Assembly (NCBI RefSeq): GCF_009914755.1
Contig: NC_060935.1
Source: the human T2T-CHM13v2.0 reference genome, Homo sapiens
Reading direction: 5' to 3' (one strand)
DNA length: 64,000 bases
In this document: positions 14,061-29,890 of the stretch, piece by piece
How the letters are laid out: each line of letters begins with the position of its first letter
Numbering within the stretch: the first letter of the stretch is position 1
Notes under the pieces: generated by a model
The model's database searches: none
What the model was told of the DNA's origin: nothing
What the model saw: the letters and a program-made list of their open reading frames with translations, nothing else
Made by a program: the position numbers and the translations under genes

Positions 14061-14344
14061 CAAAGACAGCAGCTTTCAGGATACAGCTCTGGACTAAGGC
14101 AGGCGACTTCCTTAAGTAACCCTAAAATTTAAGTGGTCTTGGAAATGATCATACCACCAGGTGGTTTCCAGCCAAGCTGTCACTTTGCAGAGTTGATCCA
14201 AAAGAGAATTATGTCAATTTTTTCAAAAGCATTAAGAGAAGCAATATGGAATATAAGTGTCATTATAATACAGAAGAAATTTAAAAAATGGGGGGTACAG
14301 AATTTCTGCATTTAAATCTTGACAGTCACATAACTAATTTATGA

Positions 14345-14680
<336 letters not shown>

Positions 14681-15035
14681 TGAGCCTCTCTTCTTACTTT
14701 ATTAGACTGGAAATAATATTTACCATTCATGGTTTTTATATTAAAGTCATTTGAACACATCAAAATGCTTTACAGTAAGGTATTCTTACAATTGTCAGGT
14801 CTAGATAACTGAAGTTGACCCCCTTAAAAAACTAACAACTTTTGTGGGCCATTTTTGATGGAAATATTTCTATCAGGTGAAAATACAAATCTCCAATAAA
14901 CTGTATTTGATAAATATTGTTGAATTACTTCTCAGAGCTGTAACACTGCAACAGCAATGCTCTCCAGGCTAATGTGATAAGTCACACTATTTGCTTTTAT
15001 TCTTTCTTTTCCCTCATGGCCCCTTCTTATTGCCA

Positions 15036-15055
15036 TTAGTTTCTATGGAAACTAA
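15036..15055. promoter_or_regulatory. RFX X-box-like palindrome
   Basis: TTAGTTTC-TATG-GAAACTAA: 8-bp inverted arms; core GTTTCTATGGAAAC fits GTTNCYATGGNAAC; sits in non-repetitive sequence. Confidence 0.45.
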
Positions 15056-15344
15056 GTAACTAAGCTCATTAAAACAGTAACCCAAGTTAACACCTAATAC
15101 TAACCAAATAAGTGCCAGCTAGCTTGAGGATGTGCACCAACTTAAAAAAAGTTGTGATTGCTATTTTTCTTGCTGCTCAGAGGAATTTTTCACTTAATTT
15201 CAGATTTTTTGCTGTATTTAAATAGTTGAGATTGCCAACAATCTGATCATTTTATAAAAAGTAGTGTTCTCCTATACACTGACTGTGGTATTAAGGAAGA
15301 TGGGGCAGAATGGGAGTGCTTAGACATTCCTCTAGAGGTACCTT

Positions 15345-16010
15345 ATTCATTCATTCATTCACTCAATATTTCATTCATTTATTCTTTCAAAAAATAATGC
15401 CCACCCCCAATGTAAACTGTAAATATAATAAATACAATAAGGAATAAAACATTTACCTCATTATACAGTTAGCATAGAAATGGAAATAATCTTGTACAAC
15501 TGATTAGAATTTTATCATACTCTACATGAATCATTGTGTTTTATCAAAATTTGTAAGTGTTATAAGACTATTACAGGTAAAGTCCTTTGGAGTTTAGCAT
15601 TCAAAGAGAGGAGAAAAATTATTTTAGTTTAGGAGACCAAGAATGATTCAAGAAAAGAGTTGAAATAGTAACGGAGTCTTTGAGCTTGGGTAGAATTTGG
15701 ATTCAGAGAAGGTAGAGAGAAAGGTCATCACAGGCTTAAAATGAACAAAGACATAGGAGCCTTTCCTAAGCGAATATAGAACACAGAATAATAAGTGATC
15801 TGTTTGATTTGAGACAGATGCAAAGGAAGTTGTGGGAAATAATTTTTCTAATGTAAAAGTGGCCTGAAAGTAGAAGGCATTGAAAGCCTGACTAATAGGT
15901 TTGGACAATGGGAGACACTGAATGACTGTGAACAGGTATTGGATAAGGTCATGGCTATGTTTGGAGTGTTCTTGTATTAGGTAGAGCAGGGAACAGGCTG
16001 GAGTAGCACA
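15345..16010 (-). mobile_element. L2 remnant
   Basis: (ATTC)n head and ggacaatgggagacactgaatgactgtgaacagg L2-like body; degenerate. Confidence 0.5.
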
Positions 16011-17641
16011 GACCAGTAAATAAGTGTTAGGAACAAGAGAAAAAAGAAATGAAAAAAGAGTTATGGCCCACTGAGGAGAAGAAACCTAAATGGTGTCTCC
16101 TAAGAAAAAGACAGAGGAAGAAAGAGGAACAGTCTTGGGACCTTGACAAAAGCAGAGGGCCAATCTGTATCACTCAGCTCCAAAAATCATTTCTTTCTCT
16201 TAGAAATGAGGTCATCCATCATGAACTCATTCTGCTTTCCACTTGTCTGTCATCAAAACATTTATCTCAAAGTAATTGCTCCTTAGTCATCTCTCTCCCT
16301 AAAGAACAAGTGCATGAATCATAATTTCTATTTTACAGCAAGAAATAAGGAGGCATGAGAAGTTCTGAAACTCACTTATCATTCAAAGTTCAGGTACGGG
16401 CTAAGATAATAAACCAGGATATTAATGAAGAAAAACAGGCCTAAGCAGAAGACAGAAAGTAGCTTATTCAAGTCCTAATAATGTATATGATAAATAATAG
16501 GCACCCAATAAATATATTATAAATTAGTGAATGAATTAATGAGGGAGTGAATAAATTAATCAAAGAAGGCCACAAATCCTTGAATCACTTGTCAAGTTAT
16601 TGAAACGAGTTCTAGATGTGACAGCAAGGTTGCCTCAATCTTTTATGTTCATATTTTTCAGCAATTTTATATGCATAACAATCCTCAATCTGTTCAAGTT
16701 GAGTCAAACTTTATTCAAGTAAGTCAAAATTACCCGTGTGTTATGACGAGATTTAACATACATTTGAACAACAGCAATGAGCCAACCAATGTACTAGGCT
16801 CCACGGATATAAAAACATATAGAGGGATCTTGACTTCAAGAAGCTTATAATCTGGAGATAAACGTTATTAAATAATAATTATAAACTGCGATAGGAGTTA
16901 AAGTAGACTTTTTAAAGTTTGCACCATGAGCTCTGTAAAGTATAAAAATTGAATTCTATTTTGCTCATTCTTTAATTTCTAACTTTTTTAAATATCAGAA
17001 GATTGGCAATAATAATGTTTGACTATTTCACAGGGTTATTGTAAGGGATTTTCTGAGTTAAAAATTTTACATACCTTAATATGAGATGGGATTATTATTA
17101 TTATTTACACATGTATGACATTATTGCCTCAACATTGCAAATAAGCTACTAGCAAAGTTTTTCAGATCTAGAAACTGATGAAAGCAGTATCCATTGACCA
17201 AAATCTCAAAAAGATCTCTCCAATTACAGAGTTTGAATGACTAGCTAAGGAGAAAATTCTGTCACCAGAATTTAAACTCACTCCTAAACTTTTCAGGCAG
17301 AAAATTTTCCCTGAGAAATGATAGATAACCAGTCCGTTTAAATATGTCAGGCCACATAAGAAATTAAAAAATTCAACCACTTAAAACCAAGTTATTTAAA
17401 ATGGTATATAATACTGCGATAATCAGTAGCTCCTTTTTGCCTTGACTCAGATCACAACACTTGAATTCTAATTATACTCAAGGCAAAGAGATGTATTTTT
17501 CATACCAACCTTGAATTGCATTCCTACTGTGGCCTGACATGGAAAAATTGTTAGGGTTTATATACAAAAGCTCATCACAAAGAAATGAGATGCTTTTTAA
17601 ATAAGTTTGCTTCTGGACAGAAAATGAAATTCATATCTTAC

Positions 17642-17679
17642 CTGTGATGAAGGCTGAGCGCAGCTTGAGTCTGGGACAC
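17642..17679 (-). other. Candidate 38-nt internal exon of an unidentified minus-strand transcript
   Basis: Minus strand reads ...ccacctcccgctcttgtctcttgcAG|GTGTCCCAGACTCAAGCTGCGCTCAGCCTTCATCACAG|GTaagat: long polypyrimidine tract, CAG acceptor, CAG|GTAAG donor, GC-rich against AT-rich flanks. Confidence 0.7.
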
Positions 17680-18848
17680 CTGCAAGAGACAAGAGCGGGA
17701 GGTGGATTTGGTTCATGGAATGTTTTCAGTGAAACTTCACTTTGTATGCAAGTCTCAAACTGGATTCTTCACAAGGTAAGCCAGTAAACTGGATTGCATA
17801 TTGCATGGATTTTTAATTCATGGTATTAAAATAGAACAGTGAAGTACAAATTAAACAGAAAAAGCAACTTCTTGTCCTCTTATTGCAGAACTACACCCAC
17901 CACAAACACCATAAATATTGCATCTGTTCCCAATTATTATCCTGGAATTAACATGAAATTTGGAACCAGGAGAAATCTTGAAAATCATCCTCTCCATGAT
18001 GCCAGTCCTGAAACTTGTCATTTTTATTTTTTAGATGAAGAAATTGGCAATAAGAAAAGTGAAGTTTCTGTCCTGAGAAATGGAAAAGAAAATACAGTGT
18101 ATTGAACTTCTGCCATGTGCCAGACACATTATCTATGGGTGCTATGTGTCACAGATTAACCTTATAAGGCCAGTTCCCCAAGGTCAAGTGGCTATTTCAA
18201 TGTTTGCTCATCTTTTACATCACTGTGTAGTATAGGGCCTCACACTTAGTAGTTGCTCAATAAATATGTATGGCATGAATTAATAACTGTTTTATTAAAG
18301 ACAAAGCCACAGAATAAGCCAATGGCAGAGTATGACTTCAGATTCAATTTTCCTGACACCTAAAAAGGCCTGTCCTTTTTATTGTGTCATAAACTCATCT
18401 ACAAGTTTTCTAACTGAGTGTTTGCTACCAAAGACCAGTCTTTGAGAACAACGAGCCCCTGTTATATTTACTCCTTGGTAAATACACACAAAAAAGGTGC
18501 CTGTCTTATTTCAAGTTAAAACTTATTTTCCAGCGTTTTTGGTAATATCTGGTAATTGTTTGCTGCTCTATGTGTCTTTTAAAATAAATGCCATTAATAG
18601 CCATTACGAAAATGTCAAGAAACAATAGATGTTGGTGTGGATGTAGGGAAAAGGGAACGCTTATACACTGCTGATGGAAATGTGAATTAGTATAACCTCT
18701 ATGGAAAACAGCATGGAGATTCCGTAAAGAGCTAAATTAGATCTACCATTCTATCCAGCAATTCCACTACTGGGCATCTTCCCGAAGGAAAAGAAGACAT
18801 TATATTAAAAAGACACTTGCACATACGTATTTATAGCAGCACAATTCA

Positions 18849-19169
<321 letters not shown>

Positions 19170-19225
19170 AAAGATGTGAAACCAAACTAAGCACCACTGA
19201 CTAATGAGTGGATAAAGAAAGTGTG

Positions 19226-19228
<3 letters not shown>

Positions 19229-19309
<81 letters not shown>

Positions 19310-19310
19310 G

Positions 19311-19366
<56 letters not shown>
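19229..19366. repeat. Compound (TA)n microsatellite, 138 bp
   Basis: (TA)22 TG (TA)5 CA (TA)9 TG TA TG (TA)5 CA (TA)11 CA (TA)10. Confidence 0.98.
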
Positions 19367-19736
19367 CACCATGAAATACTGCTCAGCTATAAAAAGGAAC
19401 AAAATATGTATTTTGCAGCAACTTGGATAGAGCTGGAGGCCATTATTCTAAGTGAAGTAAACAGGAGTCCAGAACCAAAAACCGTATGTTTTCAATTATG
19501 AGTGGAGGCTAAGCTATGAGTTATACAAAGGTATACAGAGTGATATAATGGACTTTAGAGATTCAGATGAAAGACGGTGGAAGTGGGGCTGGAGATAAAA
19601 AACTACACATTAAGTACAACGTACACTAGTCAGGAGACAGGTGCACTAAAATCTCAGAATTCACCACTATATAATTCATCCGTGTAACAAAAAACCACTT
19701 GTACCCCAAAAGCTATTGAAATAAATTTTTAAAAAA

Positions 19737-19889
19737 TCAGTGAAGAGTAGAAATACAATTTTTCCACATACACCATCAGATGACTTGCTATTTGACCACA
19801 AGATTATTTAAAAGGAATTTGGGGCTATAAGTTCATTATGCCTTGTGCTCTTCTAATTAAACAACTTCAAACTTAAAAAATAAACAAAT
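19737..19889 (+). other. Putative L1 3'-transduced segment plus second A-tail
   Basis: Unique sequence after the L1 end; ATTAAA 19856-19861; A-rich tail from 19875; right TSD copy at 19890-19905. Confidence 0.7.
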
Positions 19890-20098
19890 AAAATAAATGT
19901 CATTAGGAGCTATGCTTTCTAAACAATTTGACCAAGGTAAAGTCTAGAATTATAAACAATCCAGTCCAAGCAGCATGCCCATAGTGGTTTAGAAAATTAA
20001 ACGATAGTCTTAAGAATAAGAAGAAGATTAAATAACCTCTAACATCCCATTTAGCTTTAATATTATAAAGCATTGTTTAAATTAAAATTTCGGAAAAA

Positions 20099-20388
20099 GG
20101 CTGGGCTTGGTGGCTTATGCCTGTAATCCCAGCATTTTGGGAGGCCAAGGCAGATGAATCACTTTATTTCATGAGTTTGAGACCAGCCTGGGCAACATGG
20201 TAAAACGCCATCTCTATTTAAAAAAAAAATAGCTAGGCATGGTGGCAGGCACCTGTAGTCTCAGCTACTAAGAAGGCTGAAGTGGGAGGACTGGTTGAGC
20301 TCAGGAAGCGGAGATTGTGGTGAGCTGAGATCACACCACTGCACTCCAACCTGGGTGACAGAATGAGGCCCTGTCTCCAAAAAAAAAA
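20099..20388 (+). mobile_element. Alu, AluJ-like
   Basis: Diverged dimer with ccagcctgggcaacatgg, gtgggaggactggttgagc and ccctgtctc + A10. Confidence 0.9.
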
Positions 20389-20659
20389 TTTTAATTGAAT
20401 TTTATTATTTAATTATTTAAATTAGAAATAATAATTAATTTAAATACTTGTATTAGTTATTTATTTAAATAATAAATAATAAAAGCTGGAATTAAATAGC
20501 ATATAAAATTTACAAAAAAATTTCCATAAATACAATTATTGTGATGACTAAATAATACAAATAGAATAATGCCTGGCACATAGAGACTATCAAAAAAAAG
20601 TTTGCTTTCCTCATTATTATTATTGATCATAGCAATAGTTGCATTTGGAATTTGAAGTT

Positions 20660-20900
20660 AGTGAACCATAGGTAAAGGCATCGTGTGAACTGGATTTGAG
20701 TTAGGTTTCTCCTTCTACTAGACGTGTGTAATCTGGAGAAACCTATATAACAATTCTGAGTTGCAGTCTGCTCACCTGGAAAATGAGGACAATAGCCTGC
20801 TCATGATTGCTGCAAAAATTTAAAACATGCTGTCTGAAAAAACTAACAGTATTAGTGCCTCATAATAGCAGGGACAAAACAAATGTTGCTCTTTCTATAG
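20660..20900 (+). mobile_element. MIR
   Basis: ctggatttgag...cagtctgctcacctggaaaatgaggacaatag. Confidence 0.55.
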
Positions 20901-21047
20901 TTTTATTATTGTTATTGTTATTTAGTCACAATATTCACTTGAGGGTTTTTGCTGTATTCATTTTATTGAAGAGGAAACTAAAGTTTGTAGAGGGAAAAAT
21001 ATCTTGAACATGTTCACCCAACCTCTTAAGGGGCAGAACTCAGATGA

Positions 21048-21375
<328 letters not shown>

Positions 21376-22169
21376 CATAGATCTCCTGATTCTTAAGCAG
21401 TCCAGTATCCACTTAGGCAAAATTTCTTTGCAGAAAATAGTTATTTCCTGCCATGGCTTGTTAGTGAAAGCTTATGGGTCTATGTACAATAGGTTAATGG
21501 GTAAATATTTTTATTGGTTTCCAGAGGCTAATAGGTTAACATTTTTGTTGGTTTCCAGAGGCACAATGCCTTAAGCACTTTTCATAAGTGCATCTTTTGA
21601 AACAAAACTCTTGTTTTGAAAGAGCAACATTTGTTTTGTCCCTGCTACTATGAGGCACTAATACTGTTAGTTTTTTCATATACTTAGAAATAAAATGGAG
21701 AAGGATGGTGTCTATGTCTAAATTTGAGAAGTGCTCTATATCTTAATCACCTGATTTAAATTCACATGTATATTAGTATATCAAAGGAGTCCCACATAGG
21801 ATACTTAAAAAAAGGAATCTAACTCTATTTAGCTCCAGATTTCCTGAAGTATTTGAACACAGAAGACCTCTTAGGAGCCCACAGAACCCATTTTGGGAAA
21901 TACCACCTTCCATGATGCTGGGAATTACAGATACATTGGCAAATTGTTGGGAGAGATAATGAAGAACAAGATAGAGTTTTACTTTCCTTTCAAATTCCAC
22001 AATGTATATGGATACCTGATGTATCCGTACATGATTATATTTGAGATTATTAAATACTTTGCTATAACTATTGAAATACAAAAATGAGAATCAGAGTTAA
22101 CAGGAAATACTGGACTAATGTCAAAAACTGTAGGTTATTGTCCTAATTTTATAACTAACAGTATCTTTA

Positions 22170-22420
22170 CAGCTGGATTGCCTTGCATTAAAATCCTACC
22201 TCTGCATTTAACAGCTATGTGACTTTGGGCAAGTCTATGATATCTACAAGCCTCCACTTACTCATCTGCAAAATAAAGATAGTAATAAATACCTCTCATG
22301 GTTGCTACCAAGTTGATTGTAAAATGAGGCTGATATCACCTACTTGAGATGGCCACTGTAAGGATGATGATAATGCATGTAAAATACCCACCAGAGATGA
22401 AGCACGGTAGACATCCAAAC
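22170..22420 (+). mobile_element. MIR (two overlapping segments)
   Basis: agctatgtgactttgggcaagtc...ctcatctgcaaaataaagatag. Confidence 0.65.
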
Positions 22421-22539
22421 ATTTTTCACTGTAAGTATGACCACTTTAACACTTCTCATCTGTGCTTTTCTTTTTCTGTAAACTGGTTGATTCAACATCT
22501 GCCCATCACTCAGTGTTGCTGCCCCAACCCCATTTTTTC

Positions 22540-22870
22540 ATTCATTAATTCATTCATTAATTCTTTTTTCTTTGTATGTGTTAAGCAGTTGATAACTAAG
22601 TGTACACATTGGAAGAAGCACACGGCATAGATGAAAATGGTATACTCCTGGCATTCAAAGAGTACACAATTCAACGAAGATAACAAATGCTACTCCAGAT
22701 AGACATTGTTTAGGGCCAAAAGAGAGATGTGTAAGAGGTAGTATGAGAACACAGCAGAAGGGGGAAAATTATTCCTTCCAGGAAGAGACAAAAGGACATT
22801 GGGAACGTTTCGCAGAAAAATAATCTTTGAAATAGACCTTAGAGGTTGAAGAGGTGCTCACAAGGCAAGA
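22540..22870 (-). mobile_element. L2 remnant
   Basis: ttcattcattaattcattca head; ctcctggcattcaaagagtacacaattc. Confidence 0.55.
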
Positions 22871-22916
22871 AGTTATATCACTAAAAATTGCTACCATGTA
22901 TTAGTCCTTAAAATAA

Positions 22917-25063
<2,147 letters not shown>

Positions 25064-25401
25064 AAAATAAGCCAGGAATGTGGAAAGTTGTAAATCCACA
25101 TTAGTGGCAATCAGGACTGATAGTGATGTCAACATGTTAACCATCTTGTTAAACATATTCTGAGAGATGGCTAGCTGCCTCATCCCTAAATGTCCCCCCA
25201 CAGAGGACTGACATCACAATGTGATTGAGCTCTATAAATTATTCATGTTACTTTTATCTTGTTTTAATTCTTTCCCAATTTACACTTTGATTAAATTTTA
25301 AAAAGAAACTACATGGCATCTGAGAAAGAAAATAATCATCAATGAAAAAAGGATAATTTCTTACTTCTCTATTTCCTAATGCTGTGTCTTCATTAACACA
25401 C

Positions 25402-25759
25402 TGCTGTGGTCTGAATGTTTGTGTTTCCCCAAAATTCATATGTTAAAATCCTAACCCCCAAAGTGATACAGGAAGTGGGACTTTTGGGAGGTAATTGGGT
25501 CATGATGGTGGAACTCTCTTGAATGGGATCAGTATCCTTATAAAGGAGGATCCAGAGAACCTTGCCCTTTCAACTGCATGAAAACACAGCAAGAAGGCAC
25601 AATGTTATAAGCCAGAAAGCAGGCCCTTACTAGACACCAAATCTGCTGGTGCTTTGACCTTAGATTTCCAGGCTCCAGAACTGTGAGAAATAAATTTCTA
25701 TCCTTTGTAAGGTACCCAGTTATAATATTTTGTTATAGCAACCTGAACGGCCTAAGACA
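25402..25759 (+). mobile_element. MLT1A-like MaLR solo LTR
   Basis: TG...CA termini (tgctgtggtctgaatg...ctaagaca), ccagaactgtgagaaataaa; 5-bp TSD CACAC/TACAC. Confidence 0.9.
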
Positions 25760-26384
25760 TACACCTTCTCAAATTACAGTTGTCTTTAATATTTGCATAT
25801 GTGCCATTTTAGTTCTTTATTCTAAATTTTAGCATTTTTTAATTTTTAATTAAAAAATGCATTTCCCCTTTAAATCATGGAAAATACCCAATTCATATGT
25901 TGTCTTTTGTTTTTGAAAAAAGGATGTTTTTCTATGCCAGGTGTGTGTAACATTTATTTTAGCTCATGTCCTCCACTTCATTAAGATTGAAATTAGACTG
26001 GCTGGCTTGTAGTATTCCTCAAAGGGAATTAAAATTTCCAGGGTGCTTACATTCCAAAATTCCATTTTGGAGCTGATTTCTTAAGTTAGCTATTAAGTTG
26101 GCTTCCTGGTCTGGGTCTTACTTTGGAATCACTCAGCTGCTCTGTACTTCCTCTCTTTTCCAAGAAGACTTGGGGGTCATGTGAAGGGTTCACATAGCAG
26201 CAGGTAACTCAGCCATCTATCAAGGCACTCAGCCAAACAAAGGGAACTTTATGATATTATAGCTTACTCCACTTAAAATGTGGCTGTGTTTATAATTAGC
26301 ACTTTTCCCTTTCTAGTCACCTCTTTTTAATAATCCGAGCGTGGGGCAGCTGAAGATGACTTTTTTTCCTACCTTATGTGTGCA

Positions 26385-26830
26385 TTCTTTTAACAAATAT
26401 TTATTGAGGACCTACTGTGTGCCAGGTGCATTTCTCAACATTGGTGATATTCTAAGAACAAAGCAAATTACCTACTCTTAGTTTTTTTGTTTGTTTGTTT
26501 TTTCATTTGTAAAGAAGTAGGGATAGAAATAGCTACCTTGAATTCTTGTTAGAAGAATTAAATGAGACTCGTGCAGAAATCACATAATAAAGTGCCTTAC
26601 ACACCACTAGTAACAATACCATCCCCATCAACATGAAAAATAATATTGAAAGGAGGCTTAGGCTTCCTCTGGACGATACCAGAGCAAAAATATCCCTTAC
26701 CTTCTACCAGTGAAGGCAAGAATATTAGCAACTAGGAGACAGATAATAACCAAAAAATATTATGACAGAGTATGAAAGTGCTAAGAAAACAAAGCATGGA
26801 AAAGTTGGTAGCGAGTAGGATAGCTACGGG
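26385..26830 (-). mobile_element. L2 remnant interrupted by a MIR fragment
   Basis: aacaaatatttattgaggacctactgtgtgccagg; MIR-like tcatttgtaaagaagtagggatag around 26502. Confidence 0.55.
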
Positions 26831-28564
26831 AGAACTAATTGTATATTGAATTATTGAAGACATGCCCACAACCTACTTCATACTGCATATAATGACAGCA
26901 GTAAAAATCAACAGGAAAGAATGCCCATAGGAACAATCTTTCACACTTCATAGAGTCATATCAAAATCTATTTAAAGGATGAATTAATCCTTGCTTTTTT
27001 TTCTGTTGGAATAATTTCTTTTGTGCTTTCTATAAAAAAACAGAATTCACTCTAAAAAGTTATAATTATTATAAGTATAAACTTACAGGCTCTGAGCAAT
27101 AAACCAAATTAAAGGTAAGAAAGCTGCCATGGAATCTCAATCTTGCAACCCAGGCTGTTAGAAACAGACATGATGGTGATCCCCAAATGGAAACCTGCCA
27201 AATGATAACTCCAAAGAAAGGCATAGTCATTCTAGCTCAACAGAAAACAACAACAACAATCCCTCTGTTTCTTCATAGAAGAAATCTTCTTCTGGTAGAT
27301 TTATATTTGCTATAGAATTTGTACATCTGGAGGGGATTAATAGACTCATTCTCTGGGCCCAGGTATGCTTTTGGAATGAAATCTCTGCCCTCAGGTGGAA
27401 ATTAAAAGCAAAAAAGAGAAGTTGGCAGGTTGTTTAGGTAGAGGAAAGATTCTTGTTGATATTCCCTAACCAGGATACCTGTTTTCTACCATTTAATAAA
27501 TGGAAGTCAGGAAGGAAATTAGAAGGATCTGCTGTTGTACTTGATAATTGAGGTAGCTATAAAAATATAACAGCATGCCTGTGGAAAGTGTCCTAACATG
27601 GAAACAAGATGGACCAACAAAAAGCTCTCTTTAGTGTTGATACTTTTACTGACTCCCCCAGCTAGTCTTCCATACTTGACTTCTCCCTCTTGATTTTTCC
27701 CTTCTATCCCTCACCCTCCACAAGCTCCCTTAGGAGCTAGTTATCATATGCATTACATCCTTAGCCAAGGGAATGCATGGAGCCCAATTCAGTAACCTGG
27801 GTGACCTATGAGTAAGCCATTTTTACTTTCCCTTTCATTGTCACCCAGTATCCCCTGCCCTAGGAAACAAACTTTTTTCCCATTTTTAACTCAAGTTTCC
27901 ATCTTAGACAACCTTTTGAGAATTTATTTCTCCATCTTTCTTCTTAAGCCTGAAGCCTCTCTTATTATTGTTGCTGTTGTGATGATGATGATTATGAGTG
28001 ACAGTGGTAATATTTTTGTGCCAGACATTATGTTCTTTATGTATATATTCTTCATTAATCTTCACATGGAAAATTCAAGGTAGTGATTTTTACTTTGTGT
28101 CTATTGTGCAAAGAATTATGGATATGGCTTTTAGGCAGAGTTAACCTCAATCAGATTCATGAAAAGCCCATAAAATTTTTATGGGAGATGTACCAGCTTG
28201 GACCAAAAAAATAGAATTCAAAATGAAGAGGCCACTAGTTCTCCAGATTTCAACAAGAAAAAAGCATGATGACAAAGCTACCTAGCTACACACATGGAAA
28301 ACTAATTATATCTTAGTGGGCACAGACATAAGCCCACAGCTCAGAGCCAAGAGCAGAAGAAAACAGGATAAAAGAATTACTTTCAGGAAGCAGAAGTTGG
28401 TCCTAATATAAGAACATGTTTTTCTAGAGTTGAAGAACCTGACAATATGGGCCCTTCAAGCTTGATGCTGGTCCTATGATGGATTTGAGTATATTTTGTA
28501 CGTAAGAGAAATGTGAATAATTTGGGGCCCAAAGAGCTAGAAATTTACAAAGTTTACAAGTCAA

Positions 28565-29045
28565 TTGTGGTAAATTGCAAAACACAGCCATATTCTTCCA
28601 TTTCTATTATACAAGCCTCTTTGCACTATGACTTTGGCATTTGTCTCATCAATATGAGTAATCTACTTTTTCGCTTCTTGCACTTGAGATGAACTGTGAT
28701 TAGCTTTAACTAGTAGCATGTGGAGGAAGTAACATTGTATGACTTCCAAGCCAAGGCCGCTAGAGCCAGTGCAACTTCTTCGCTTTTGCAAAAGCTGAGA
28801 CCTCCTTGCTGTGAAAAGGACCAGGATTAAAACCTAGAGGAAGGGAGAAGTTAGTCATCTAAGCTGCTCCACCCAACACTTGTCATCCATCAGGTAACTG
28901 GCTGCCTGAGGAAGCCCAGGTGAAATCTGAAGAAAAACCACTCCATCAATCTACAGAATCATAAGAAAAAATAAACTGTTTTTAAGCCACCATTTTACGG
29001 CTTAGCTTCAGGTTTGTTATTCACCCATAGATAATGAAAACACCA
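28565..29045 (+). mobile_element. MLT1-family LTR remnant
   Basis: tgtggtaaattgc...ctttaactagtagcatgtggaggaagtaac...ttttaagccac...atagataatgaaaca. Confidence 0.65.
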
Positions 29046-29718
29046 TGTGACACACGTGAAATTACGTAGCTTTCATCTGTCTCTAACATCTGCAATACAG
29101 ACATGATAATATCAGTTTTCCCTTCTTTCCACAGATATTAACATAATTAAAGGAGGTCCTGAGTATTTGAGTAAAGCTGAATAATAATGCTTTAATTTAT
29201 ACTGCCTCCAATATTTTTAAAAATACTATTACATTCAAGTAATATTATTCAATATAAATCTTGGCTACAAATTTCTCAGAAGAAACATCTGCATCAATAG
29301 TAGTAAGAAAGTGATAAGTGACTCAATAGCTGGGTCGGCATGGAAGAAAGGAAGGGAGGAGAAAGAATTAACTCTGAATTATCAACCAAAACAAATAAAT
29401 TGACTATAATAAACATAAATATTATTTTTTTACTTAAGTATAAAGCTTAAGGTAAGTTAAACCTTGATGTTATGGAAGCACAGATATCAGTGTTGGAAAC
29501 ATTTCACAAGACATGGGATTCAACCTCCTATACAGAATTCAGGCCAGTGAGTATCTAGGCTTGGTTGCACACATTTAGCAATAAATAATGTGCTTTCTCA
29601 CTAAGTAATATAGTTTATTTCAATGCAGCTAAAAATGTTAGATTGTCCCTCTTTTGCACTGAAATCTGGCAAGTTCACAAAGAAAAAAATCTCACTAAAG
29701 ACTTTCATTTATCTATAT

Positions 29719-29890
29719 CAGAGTTCCCCAGATGTTAGCCTCAAATAAGATTGATCAGACCCTCCTGTAGTGCTTGCAAACATGTATATTCCAAGTTCAT
29801 TTACCCTGACATGCTAAATCTGGATCCCAGAATTTTTCAGTTGTGTGCTAGGTCATTCTTATGTGCACAGAGGCCTGAGAACCTCTGCCT
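29719..29890. mobile_element. MER5-like MITE
   Basis: cagagttcccca ... ggtcattcttatgtgc...ctgagaacctctg termini. Confidence 0.5.

Noticed and set aside
17730-17775. Possible plus-strand 46-nt exon (ttttcag|...caag|gtaagc) next to the minus-strand exon
   Set aside because: Very short pyrimidine tract and no other support; plausible by chance.
19187-19501. YI-repeat ORFs on both strands
   Set aside because: Translations of the (TA)n microsatellite inside an L1 3' region.
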